Shown here piece after piece: positions 13,804 to 26,160 of a stretch of DNA of 64,000 nucleotides. Below the pieces are notes generated by a model. The model saw only the letters and a list, made by a program, of their open reading frames with translations, was not told the origin of the DNA and ran no database searches. The stretch is from assembly GCA_951406725.2 (NCBI GenBank), contig OX597822.1:80786001-80850000 (forward strand). Direction: 5' to 3'. The first letter of the stretch is position 1, and each line of letters begins with the position of its first letter. Source of the DNA: Octopus vulgaris (taxonomy: Eukaryota). The position numbers and the translations under genes are program-made.

Positions 13804-13809
<6 letters not shown>
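13610..13809 (-). mobile_element. Penelope-like terminal repeat with inverted partial copy (foldback), in (TA)n
   Basis: Perfect 64-bp arms 13679-13742 and 13746-13809 with a 3-nt loop, ~70 bp unpaired extension on the left, (TA)n on both sides, hammerhead core in the arms. Confidence 0.7.
13740..13794 (+). ncRNA. Type I hammerhead ribozyme motif
   Basis: GGAGCUUC-CUGAAGA-uUUC(ucuu)GAAu-GAAA-CAG(uucuaguc)CUG-UA-GAAGCUCC: 8-bp stem I, intact core, stems II and III, GUA cleavage triplet. Confidence 0.75.
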
Positions 13810-13843
<34 letters not shown>

Positions 13844-13888
13844 CAAATATGTACGAAGATATCTGCCAGGATTTTCAGTTACATTTTC

Positions 13889-13936
<48 letters not shown>

Positions 13937-14060
13937 ATGTATGTATGTAAGTATGTATGTATGTTTATATAAATATATATGAATATATATATATGTATTT
14001 ATATTTATATATATTTATATAAATATACATACATGAGTATGTGTGTGTGTGTGTATATAA

Positions 14061-14105
<45 letters not shown>

Positions 14106-14191
14106 TACACATATATTCATATTCATATATATATATATAAATATATATACATATATTCATATTCATATATATGTATATACACATACATATG

Positions 14192-14239
<48 letters not shown>

Positions 14240-14598
14240 TGTGTGTGCATATATATGTGCGTGTATATATATATATGAATGTATGTGTATATATATATAT
14301 ATGAATATATGAATATATACGTGTGTTAGTGTATTGTATACATGTATGTATAGTGTGGAAAAATAAGATGAAGACGAGGTTAAAAATAAAACAAACAAAC
14401 GGAGAGTATTCGCTTTGCACTGAATATATATGGGGAAAAAAGAGACAGATGGAAACGCCTTTTGGATTTTGTGTGTACATTCTTCTTCTGAAAGACTAGA
14501 CAAGGAGAAAAAGAAGATGGAGAAGGAAAATAGGTTAAGGAACGCACGGGTATATAAGGGTCATGGCATGATGAAATGACCGAAAGGGAGGAATGAGG

Positions 14599-14665
<67 letters not shown>

Positions 14666-14700
14666 TAGATATGTTTTTATGCATATTTTTTTCTTGAGTC

Positions 14701-15074
14701 CAAGGTCGGTACCCTACTCACATGGCGTATAAATGATCGAGGTTACAACTCTTAAATGAAACGGACGCTAATCTGCCGTACAGTCCAGGGCCAGTAGTTC
14801 TGAGGGCGAGGACAGTTCGATTACACCCACCTTAATACTTCAATGGCACTTTTTCTATCGACCCTAAAAGGGATGAAAAGTGAAGTTGACATCACTTTTC
14901 ATCCCTTTTAGGGTCGATAGAAAAAGTGCCATTGAAGTATTAAGGTGGGTGTAATCGAACTGTCCTCGCCCTCAGAACTACTGGCCCTGGACTGTACGGC
15001 AGATTAGCGTCCGTTTCATTTAAGAGTTGTAATCTCGATCACTTATACGCCATGTGAGTAGGGTACCGACTTTG
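14701..15074. repeat. Inverted duplication, 183-bp arms, 8-bp spacer, interrupting a family A SINE
   Basis: 14701-14883 pairs with 14892-15074 with 3 mismatches; the SINE resumes at ttgacatcagcgaaattt. Confidence 0.95.
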
Positions 15075-15195
15075 ACATCAGCGAAATTTAAAATCTGAGA
15101 TTTTTTTTAAATTTGAGATTTTTTATTAAATTAGTAACCTATAAAAATCAAAATGCTGAATAACCTAGAGTTTCTCCTGAGAATTTTTAGAAATT

Positions 15196-15291
15196 CTGAC
15201 GTACTAAGCTTTTTCTCTGACGCACTAAGCTTTTTTTCTGACGTACTAAGCTTTTTCTCTGACGTTCTAAGCTTTTTCCCTGACGTGCTAA
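15196..15291 (+). repeat. 21-bp minisatellite, ~4.5 copies
   Basis: Unit ctgacgtactaagctttttct. Confidence 0.9.
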
Positions 15292-15729
15292 GGATTCTGC
15301 TCATCGACTTTCATATTTACGTGTATATATTGCCATGCAAATGCTTCTATACAACGTGGTATTATGAATAAAAGAGCATCAGTGTTTGATTCCCCATGTG
15401 GAAAGGCATTCTCAAAAAATCACACTTACGCGCGCGCACTCATCCAAATAACATAGGTGTATATGTGTATGTTAGTGTAGATAATAATGGAAGCGGCAAT
15501 CTCAATAACATAAGGACCCAATATAAAAGAAATAACTGGTCGGCTGATAATAAATATTCTGTCGTATTTGGACTAGAGTAATACATAACTCTATGGTTGT
15601 TTATATCCTTCTAAAAATGGATGAAAAAGCTTCAAAGCACTAAAAATAATTTTTATAACAACATCTGCGATCACGCATCACGACACATCCAACATTACAG
15701 TGTATATTGATATAAGTACGTATATTTCA

Positions 15730-15795
<66 letters not shown>

Positions 15796-15871
15796 TAAAT
15801 AGATAGATAGACAGATAGATAGATGGACAGGCAAACACACAAACATATAGATATATGTATATATACATATC

Positions 15872-15952
<81 letters not shown>

Positions 15953-16029
15953 ATGTATATGTATATATATATATATATACCGAAAATAGAATTAAATCGT
16001 CAAAATGTGTATATATATGTATATATCTA

Positions 16030-16067
<38 letters not shown>

Positions 16068-16529
16068 CTCTCTCCACACACCACTCCCAGCATATTGAAA
16101 CATGAATAAATCGGTATGATTGAAAGAATCAGTTGGTAGACATCAATCACCGAACGCCAATCACCTAAGACGCGAGGAGGTATGATTTCTAACAGTCGAT
16201 TTCCAAAGTGTGAAAACTTCTAAGCATTGTGTTGCTACGTCTGGAGATTGAATCATTAGAGCTATTGACGGATAATTAGGAAGAGCAAAGCGAGCAGATA
16301 TTATAATTAATTATTCCACATTGTAACGGCTAATTAGAGATGTTATGCAAATTAGATATCCCAGTTTGTTCAATCCGATGCTGTATATAATCTAAATGGG
16401 TAGACGTTAATAGTCTCCCTTGAGAAAGACGATCGTTATTGGTTTTCTGAAGGTCTAATAGGACGTAAAGCTTGGTAGATTGATGACACTTTTCTGACCA
16501 CGGCGAGATAAATCACGTGGTTTATATAA

Positions 16530-16930
16530 TCATCATCGACGTCGTTGTCGCCATTGTCATATTCGTTGTCATCCTCGTCGTTGTTATCATCATCATCATC
16601 ATCATCATCACCATCATTACCATTCTCCTCATCCACCTCTTTCCCTTCTTCCTCGTCCCCTTCCTCATTCTCATCCTCACACTCCTCCTCCTCCTCCTCC
16701 TCCTCATCATCATCATCATTATCACCGTACTTGTTTAACGTCTGCTTCTCATACTGACTTGTGATGGACGGGTGATCCTGTGGACGGCATCAATATTTCG
16801 ATGCAATGTCTGCTTTGCTTTAGTTTCTACGGACGGCCAGATGCCGTTTCTAAGGAACCACAATCTTTAATGAGTGTAGTGCGTGGGTTTTTCATGACAC
16901 CGGTACTTGCGATGTCACCAAGTAACAACG
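16530..16930 (-). mobile_element. SINE with an RTE-type 3' end and expanded (GAT)n/(GAG)n tail
   Basis: gtttaacgtctgcttctcatactg..ttctacggacggccagatgccgtttctaa..gagtgtagtg; (CAT)n/(CCT)n tract 16530-16725. Confidence 0.5.
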
Positions 16931-17823
16931 TATATGCCAAGAGAAGCCTCCCCAATTGAGGCAGCGAAGCAATACTGAGGGAAGTGATTTTGTGCCAAAT
17001 GTTGATAGATTAAAGTAAGATAGGAGAGAATCGGGTATCTTGCTGAAGACGAGATAAATGGCCACAGCCTTAAGGCTGAAATGTAAACGAATAATATATA
17101 TATATATATATATTTGTTGAGCTTTATTTTCTTTAACCCTTGGCCAGCTTGATCAAGGAAATTATGACAAAAATGGTTACAGTAAAGAACGATATTTTTT
17201 GTATCAGTTTCATTGCCTGTTACATATCGGCTTTTTCCCGGTATGCCCTTCATCTCAGAAGACGACAGAATACGATTTGCGAATTAGCTGCTATTACCAG
17301 CAGATACACCGTTCACGTAGAGGTTCCCTAACAGTCTTGTTGCACGTGACTTTTGTTTTGCAGTTGGTGCGATGCAGCACATGGTGATCTCCTTGCTTTA
17401 ATTCACCAACACTTATTATTATTTATTCATAAAATCGTACTCTTCGACTGCAAACAAAGATTAATAGCTAACTTAAAACGTCAACGTTAACCTCTGCAGC
17501 AAAACAGAGCACCTTGGTTGTCCTTGGCAACACTATATGTCATCAACTCCCACTTAGATAAATAAATATATAATCTGAATGTAAACATAAACACACACAC
17601 ACACACATATATATATTAATATTATATACATATACACAATCACATATATATATGTAAATATACAAATATATAAATATACATAGATATATGCATGTGTTTA
17701 TATATATATATATATATATATACATATTCATAAAACACTCACACACACAACACACACACACAAGCATATGCAAACATTTGTGTATTTGTGCGAGTCTTAA
17801 ATTAGATATGTGTGTGTGTGTTT

Positions 17824-17862
<39 letters not shown>

Positions 17863-18078
17863 TGTGTACGCACGCTTATGTAGGTATAAACTTGTAGAGT
17901 GTGATATATTGCATTGCGTGAGTATTATGAAGTTGGTTGTGTCAACAGATAAATTGCAGGTGGGCAGCAAGAGAGTTCCTAGGTCAACACCACCTCAAGT
18001 GAACAGGATACAAGCAGACGTCCACCCACACAGGCACACGGACGCATACATACATATATACGCATACATACACACATA

Positions 18079-18112
<34 letters not shown>

Positions 18113-18404
18113 CACATACACACATATATATATAAATGAATGTATAAATAAATATATACATATGTATATATATACGTATATACATATATATATACATATA
18201 TACATATATATATATATACATATATATATACATATATATATATATACATATGTATATACATATATACAGGCATATATATACATATAAAAATAAGCATACA
18301 CACATGCATATATATACATACATATATGTAAATATACATATATACATACATATATAGATATATAGATATATATGTACATACACATATATGTATGAATGAT
18401 ACTT

Positions 18405-18485
<81 letters not shown>

Positions 18486-18510
18486 ATTATATATACAGAC
18501 AACCCCCCCC

Positions 18511-18544
<34 letters not shown>

Positions 18545-18823
18545 GAACATCAGATACTGATATGTATACACACTACTCCAGGATCACGCAACTCTATTCT
18601 TTATCATATATGAACCATACATACAGTAGCATGTACACATATGTGTATTTTGTATAATATATATTACATACAGCAACGTCTGTATTAGATATATGAAAAC
18701 GACCTTATCAGTATGGTAGCCCGACAGCGCATGAAAGCCGCTACAATATAACTATTGAAATCTATGTATCCAGTTACACATTGAAAGATAGAAGAGAGAA
18801 GCAGTATTTCTTCTAGCTGAGAT

Positions 18824-19008
18824 TAAAATCAATAACTAATTAAAATTGTTCCATATATTAATTAATGTTTTGTATGTCTAGTACTTATCAATGGAGATGG
18901 GAAAAAATGTACGTACCTACAATTTTCTGTTTCCTATTTTCTGATGAGTACACAGCGTATGAAACTATAATTAATGACTTGAGTAACTTTAATTAGTTAT
19001 TGATTTTA
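18824..19008. mobile_element. Diverged foldback element with a hammerhead-like core
   Basis: taaaatcaataactaattaaa pairs with tttaattagttattgatttta; CTGATGA-gtac-acagc-gtat-GAAAC at 18941-18965 has a decayed mirror copy at ~18867-18891. Confidence 0.6.
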
Positions 19009-19345
19009 GTATCTATGAGTATAATACATAATACTCCCCCACTATATTCAATGTATGACTATATATATATATGTGTGTGTGTTCATAGATATCTGTGTGC
19101 GGTGGGGTGTATATATTGTTTTCGGTTTTGTCTTGTATCCGAGAATTTATCTTCTTCTTTGCTCAACACTTCTTTTATGGTGACGCCGTCGATGACTCCG
19201 CAAAGAAAAGTCGGTGGCATTACATGCATAGTAATATTGGCGGAGGAGACGCTTGATCTTACGAAATTTTCTCTCCTATCGTGTGTATGTATGTATATAT
19301 GTATGTATGTATGCATATACATATATATTCAGGCACCCACATGTA

Positions 19346-19389
<44 letters not shown>

Positions 19390-19428
19390 TATATATATTT
19401 ATATATATCCATACATATAGATATAATT

Positions 19429-19477
<49 letters not shown>

Positions 19478-19864
19478 TATATAGACAGAGAGAGAGGGAG
19501 AGAGAGAGAGACATATATATATATATGAGTGTATAAAATTTATACTCGGAGAGAAGATCACGATGTGCATTCTTCTTTATAGAACTTTGATTATAAGTGA
19601 GCAGATATATGTATATATATATACGAGTGTATAAAATTTATACACGGAGAGAAGACCACTATGTGACCTTCTTTCATGCTAAAAAGAGCAGTCAAATTCC
19701 CAAACCACGAAAGAACAAACTTATAGCACTTTGATTCGAAGCAAATCTAGGCAGGTGTGTGCGTTTGTCTGTGTGCGTGTATATATGTGTGTGTGTGTGT
19801 GTGTGTGTATGTGTGTGTGTGTGTGTGTGTGTGCATGTGTGTGTATGTATGTCTAAGTGGGTAT

Positions 19865-20242
19865 GCGCAATGGCTCAGTGGTTAGGGCAACGCAGTCGCG
19901 GTCGTAGGATCGTGGTTTCGATTCCCGGATCGGACGTTGTGAGTGTTTATTGCGGGAAAGCACAAAAAGCTCCACGTGGATCAACAGGCGTGGTGGCGCA
20001 CCCTACCGTACTCTTTCATCACATCTCAATTGTCTCTCACTCTTTCTTTCTGTTTCTGTGGTACCTGTATTTCAAAGGGCCAACCTTGTCACACTCTGCA
20101 TTACGCTGAATCTTCCCGAGAACTACATTATAGGTGCACGTGTCTGTGGAGTCCTCAGCCACTTGCACGTAATTTTCACAAGCATGCTGTTCCGTTGATT
20201 GGATCAACTGGAACCCTCGTTGTCGCAACAGAAGGTGTGCCA

Positions 20243-20243
<1 letters not shown>
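19865..20243 (+). mobile_element. SINE family C (tRNA-derived, OR1-like), near full length
   Basis: A box tggctcagtggtta and B box ggtttcgattccc; body and tail match the minus copy at 59862-60220. Confidence 0.85.
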
Positions 20244-20297
<54 letters not shown>

Positions 20298-20806
20298 ATA
20301 TATATATATACACACTAACACACAGACTAATTTATATGTCTAAACTTATAATATAAAATATATTTTATCTTAGAAAGCAACGTAAAACAACGATTTATAA
20401 TTTTATCTTATATCTGAATATTTCTGTATTAAAAAGCATTTTATCAAAAACAAAATGTACATCCGATCACCACCCACGTCTAAGAATGGCTTGGCTTGGG
20501 ACTTGAGCCAATTGCAGCGCTGTGTTTTCCATATATCTTCGTTTGCCTTTGACAGGGGGATTTAAGAAATTAATAAGAATATTCTCCTTAATCAATATGT
20601 TTCCAATATTGCGTTATGGTGTTCATGCTAACGTAATAAGCAAGTAATGACAACTTGGCTGATGGTTTTCATTTTTGACTGTTGTTGTTCTTGCTGTTGT
20701 TGAAGAAGGCATTGTATAGCTGTGTTAAAATGGATATACTATCTGGAAATAGTGTATCCAACGTATGAGTAAGCTATTTATTACATGTTCTATGTTATAT
20801 AATGAA

Positions 20807-21136
20807 GGGGCATGACTCAGTGGTTAGAGGGCCGGGCTCAAAATAATGATGTAGAGAGTTCGATTCTCGAACGGGGCTGTGTTGTGTTCTTGGGCAAGAC
20901 ACTTTATTTCACGTTGCTCCAGTTCACTCAGCTGTAGAAATGAATTACGATGTCACTGGTGCCAAGCTATATTGGTGTTTCCCTTTCCCTTGGTTAACAT
21001 CGGTGGCGTGGTGAGGGGAGGCCGATAATTTATGAGCGACGTTTAGTGTTCCATAAGCAAACTTGCCCGTCTTGTGCCTTAGAAGAGCACTTGGTGCAAT
21101 TCCATAGAGCAATCCCATTGGGTAATCCCATGGTCG
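20807..21136 (+). mobile_element. SINE family D (tRNA head plus CORE-like central segment)
   Basis: tgactcagtggttaga..gttcgattc..tgttcttgggcaagacacttta..cagctgtagaaatga. Confidence 0.7.
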
Positions 21137-21640
21137 AAGTGGGTTTTTTTCTATTATATGTTGTATCAGTTATGCCCGTCAATATTATTGATAGAGTTGC
21201 TAACCATCGCTCATAAATAGCTATCATAAATGGGTCGGTTCCAAGATAGGCTTCCTTCTCTAGGGAGGCCCAATATATCACAACTTTATACTTCAATCAT
21301 CCTTTCGGATTCCCGAGAAGAAAACTACAAATATTCTATCATTAAGGTGTGACAGGATAAAAAAATATAACGCTTTCCTTAAACCTATGAAACCTTGCTT
21401 TTAGTTTATGACTACAAGGCCGGTGTCTTTTAAAGAATGCTGGATTTCCGGATAGTTATTATCCATTTGCAGCTCATTGGGATTCCTTCATATTAAAAGT
21501 TCTATCTCCTGTTTTTTTCTGCATCTGTTGTTTTCAATAGGAGTTCCGTACGTAAGTGACCTTATAGAAGGTCAGTAATAATTATCTTTAACGCAGAAAT
21601 ACAAGTCTACGGACAGCTTCTTTCAGAAAATCGGTATTTC

Positions 21641-21702
21641 AGGTGGTGGCGGTGGTGGTGTTGGAAGAAGAAGAAGAAGAAGAAGAAGAAGAAGAAGAAG
21701 AA

Positions 21703-21745
<43 letters not shown>

Positions 21746-21790
21746 GAGGAGGAGGAGGAGGGAGGAGGGAGGAGGAGGAAGAGGGGAGGC
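21641..21790. repeat. (GAA)n/(GGA)n tract
   Basis: Read directly. Confidence 0.9.
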
Positions 21791-22221
21791 GACGTTTTAC
21801 ATGTAAATACAAAATATTAACCAAGCAAATACTAATAGTGATCTCGTCTTTAAAGGAAAAAACAAACTGAATTAGAAAAGATGGTGAAGAATAAAAGAAA
21901 TTGATGTTAATAAGATGCAAAATAGATTATTTTATTCATATGATGTCATCAAAGGATTTTAAACTAATTTCAAACTCGTGTAACAAACGCCATGCCAAGA
22001 GGGTGGTAGGAAAACCCCCATCCCAGTCCCACGTCCAACAATACCGAGCTTAGCTCACCTGCATTATTAGATTAACTTTAGTGACATTTTAAGTTAACAT
22101 GTTTATTATCTCAAAGCTAGAAAGTAAAACAAACATACACAGACGCAGAAATACACAACAGCTTATGTACACATTGTCACGTATAAGCATGTGCCTATGT
22201 TTCATATATATATGTGTGTAT

Positions 22222-22275
<54 letters not shown>

Positions 22276-22322
22276 ATATGCATATATATAAACATGTACA
22301 TATATATATAAACATATATAGA

Positions 22323-22368
<46 letters not shown>

Positions 22369-22454
22369 TATATGTAATTATATAGATATATGTTTATATA
22401 TATATATAAACATATGCATATATATAAACATGTACATATATATATATTAACATA

Positions 22455-22503
<49 letters not shown>

Positions 22504-22557
22504 TATAAAATATATATATATATTTATATGGATAGATTGATATAGATATATGTACAT

Positions 22558-22704
22558 AGGAGTGGCTGTGTGGTAAGCAGCTTGCTTACAAACCATATGG
22601 TTCCGGGTTCAGTCCCACTGCATGGCACCTTGAGAATGTGCCTCGGGTCGACCAAAGCCTTGTGAGTGTATTTGATAGACGGAAACTGAAAGAAGACCGT
22701 CGTA

Positions 22705-22779
<75 letters not shown>

Positions 22780-22990
22780 GTATATTTATGTATGTATGTA
22801 TGTGTGTGTATATGTTTATGTGTATGTGTTTACGTCACCGTAACTTAGCGGTTCCGCAAAAGTGACCGATAGAATAAGTACTAGGCTTCCAAAGAATAAG
22901 TTCTAGGGTCGATTTGTTCGACTAAAGGCGGTGCTTCAGCATGGTCGCAGTGAAATGACTGAAACAAGTAAAAGAGAAAGAGAAAAAAGA
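22558..22990 (+). mobile_element. SINE family B (OR2/CORE-like) with internal (TA)n
   Basis: ggagtggctgtgtggtaag..ggttcagtcccactg head; tail ggcggtgcttcagcatggtcgcag..gactgaaacaagtaaaaga. Confidence 0.85.
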
Positions 22991-23000
22991 TATATATATC

Positions 23001-24660
23001 TTTACCAGCGGCCAAAGAGACAAAAATTGAGTACATCAACATCGAAGAAGATGATATCACACTAGCCATTGATGAGATTGACACAAACTCAGCTGCTGGA
23101 CCTGATGGATTCCCAGCGATCCTTCTCAAATCGTGCAAACGAGCCCTTGCAAAACCGCTACAGCTTCTTTTTCAGAGCTTTCTTGCAAGTGGTAAGCTCC
23201 CAGTCAAACTGAAAGAGGGGGTAATATGCCCTATCCATAAGGGAGGTAGCAGAGCAGATGCTAAAAATTATAGGCCTATCTCTCTGACCTCACACATCAG
23301 CAAAGTCATGGAACGAATAGTCCGTAAGAAACTAATCATGTTCCTTGAAGAAAATGACTTACTGTCTGACACCCAGCATGGATTTCGACCAGGTAGAGGC
23401 TGCCTAACACAGCTCCTGCAACACTATGACTGGGTGTTGAAACAGCTACTAAATGGCTCAAATGTGGATGTAATATATCTTGACTTTGCAAAAGCCTTTG
23501 ATAAAGTCGACTATGGTATGATCTGTCACAAACTGCGTGGTCTCGGCATAGGCGGGAAACTTTGAGAGTGGCTGCACAACTTCCTAAAAGACAGAAAACA
23601 GGCAGTTGTGAGCAATGGAGCCACCTCCAAGGAAACGCAAATAACAAGCGGTGTCCCACAGGGCACTGTCTTGGGGCCACTGATGTTCATAGTGGCCCTT
23701 TCAGACATGCCTTCAGTTGCTACGATGACCACCCTTGCCAGCTATGCAGATGACACAAAAGTCTCCCACGCAACACAAAACCCTGAAAATATTGCGCATC
23801 TGCAACATGAGCTGGACACAATATACAGGTGGGCTGAAGACAACAACATGCAGTTTAATGCAGGTAAGTTCCAGGCCCTGCGCTACTGGCACACAAAGGT
23901 AAATGACGTGAAGACTGGATACACTGGCCCAGGAAGAATTGCAATCCCTGAGTCAAAATCAGTGCGTGACCTGGGCATTGACATGAGCAATGATGCATCT
24001 TTCCAAATGCATATTGCTAATCTGGTGATAAAATGCAGACGGCTAGCTGGATGGATTCTCCGAACTTTCAGAACAAGAGAGAAGGAGACACTGATGGTCC
24101 TATGGAAAACATTTGTCCTCAGCCGCTTGGACTACTGCTCCCAACTTTGGTCACCACACAATATAAAACAAACAGCAGAACTCGAAGCAACTCAGAGAAG
24201 CTACACAAAGAAAATCGTCTCAATGCAAAATGTCAGCTACTGGGAAAGACTGAAGGTATTAAACCTCTTCTCCCTGGAGCGGAGGCGGGAGAGATATGCA
24301 GTGATATACATCTGGAAAATCCTGGAGGGTCTTGTCCCAAACTTTGGCATTCAAAGTTACTCCAACCGCAGAACGGGGCGCCGCTGCGTGGTGCCAAGGA
24401 TTCCAACATCACCATCAAAATACAGGTCCAGATACTGCAACAGCTTGGGTTTCAGAGGACCACAGCTCTTTAACATCCTCCCTAAATGCCTGAGAGACTT
24501 ACATGGTGTGGATGTGGGTTTCTTTAAAACTAAACTGGATCTCTTCTTGTTGGGAGTCCCAGATGAACCTACCTCACGACAGGAGACACGGAAACATCAT
24601 TGCTTCATAAAATGAAACAATCAACGGGGGTCACACGCAAAGTGGGATAATTCACAGCAG
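23001..24660 (+). mobile_element. 5'-truncated CR1-group LINE, reverse transcriptase region
   Basis: One frame from 23002 to 24615 with a single internal TGA at 23563-23565; GPDG, NYRPISLTS, QHGFR, YLDFAKAFDKV, GVPQGTVLGP, YADD and YWERL..LERRR motifs. Confidence 0.95.
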
Positions 24661-24959
24661 AAACCAAAATGCTTCCTAAGTGGAGACAACTGCCATTTAT
24701 AGAATGGTAAACTTTGGTGTTTAGCTAAGATTTTATCTAGGTTTTTCGTGATATGTTTGTTGTGAAATATCATGTCTAAAGGGAGTTTACTGTAATTTGA
24801 CTTTATTACAGACCTGTATAGTGTAAGCCAAATATATACACAAAATTTTCCGAAGTAGGCAATACGTAACTGTTATGTTCAAGGGAAATGCGTGTCTAAC
24901 AGTACGTTTCTTCTCATCTGTTTCTCTCCATTTATTACACGATCTTTTGTAACATCAGA

Positions 24960-25691
24960 GTAGAGCGGCTGAGCGACCTTTACACCAGCCGAAAAAATTC
25001 AAGCAATCAGCCGGTGTAGAATTTTGCATAAAGCACGTCAAATCGTCTCCGTAGGTTCAATGGTAGTCTTCATTATGCCTTTGGCGAATAGCTGTGAATT
25101 GAACCCAAAGATTTTAGTAATATGCCCTTTTCATAGCAGGGCGGGTGGAGATTGAAAAATTTGATCGTACAAAGCGACCGTCAAACAGTAAATCGCTATA
25201 AAATATGGAACAAATCTGTGAACATTTTGTTTGGTGAACGTCAGCAAAGAATCCAATAAAGTACTCATATGATTGGAATCAGTTACGAAATTTAAGAGAG
25301 GATTCTAATAGAAAATTTGCACATGCATCGCATTGCTACGAAATTTATCTCCCACGCTCGATTCTTGATTGATGTAGTTATGTGTTAACGTGCGTCTCAT
25401 GTTTCCATAACTGACGTTGACGATGAAGGTGCATCGCTTCGAGAGCTAAAACTGAAATCCCAAAGGAGTTGCGTTTGTATGAAATTCTGGGTATCAACAT
25501 CCATCGTGGCTTTGAGGTGAGGAAAATGCGTTGTGATTGGTTTTATCTTTCGAAGGGAGAATATTTCATAGAAAATAGACACTAACGTACAAATATGAAT
25601 AAAACGAGAAGAACATTCTTTGCTGGAGTTTTGCTGACTAAACCTTAAAATTGGGTTCGGAAACTTTTTGATATTTTGACTCAACCGCGTA
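24960..25691 (+). mobile_element. Highly degenerate mariner remnant
   Basis: NLHMHRIATKFI (cf. L.MRRIAAKFVP) near 25315; GKCVV..EGEYF C-terminus near 25520-25570; TIR-like cggaaactttttgata..cgcgta. Confidence 0.55.
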
Positions 25692-25738
25692 TAACTGTTT
25701 CGTGTAGGCGTGCAAGTATACGCACACACACACATACA

Positions 25739-25769
<31 letters not shown>

Positions 25770-26004
25770 CCATATATATTCATAGAGAGAGACAGTGTGT
25801 ATGTGTGTTTTTATATACCTCAAGTGCATATGTGAGATGCCCCTATATGTAAATTACCTCAGAGGTCCTCTCGTAGGTAAATTACGTAGTATTCTGTTCT
25901 TCTAAGTGAAAGAGGGAGTGTGTGTTTGTGTATGTATGTGTGTGCGCATGTTTCTTTTTGTAGTGGGGTGTCTCTGTGTGAGTGAATGTATGATTACGTG
26001 TCTG

Positions 26005-26160
26005 TGACTTAGCTCTTCGGCAAAAAGAGACCGATAGAAAAAGTACCAGGATTAAAACATAAATGCTGAGGCCGATTCATCCTGCTAAGAACTCTCCAAG
26101 TCGTGTTCCAGTACGACCGCACGCTAATTACTGAAACAAGCAAAAGTCAATAAGAGAAAT
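26005..26160 (+). mobile_element. SINE family B 3' part
   Basis: ttcggcaaaaagagaccgatagaaaaagtacc..actgaaacaag. Confidence 0.7.

Noticed and set aside
14440-14500. Possible decayed hammerhead on the minus strand
   Set aside because: Both core motifs are mutated; too weak to call
15196-15291. Short repeat array as a CRISPR candidate
   Set aside because: No spacers, eukaryotic context, and it derives from a SINE
19865-19935. tRNA-like sequences at SINE starts (also 20807, 22558, 38748, 44992)
   Set aside because: These are SINE heads continuing into SINE bodies, not tRNA genes
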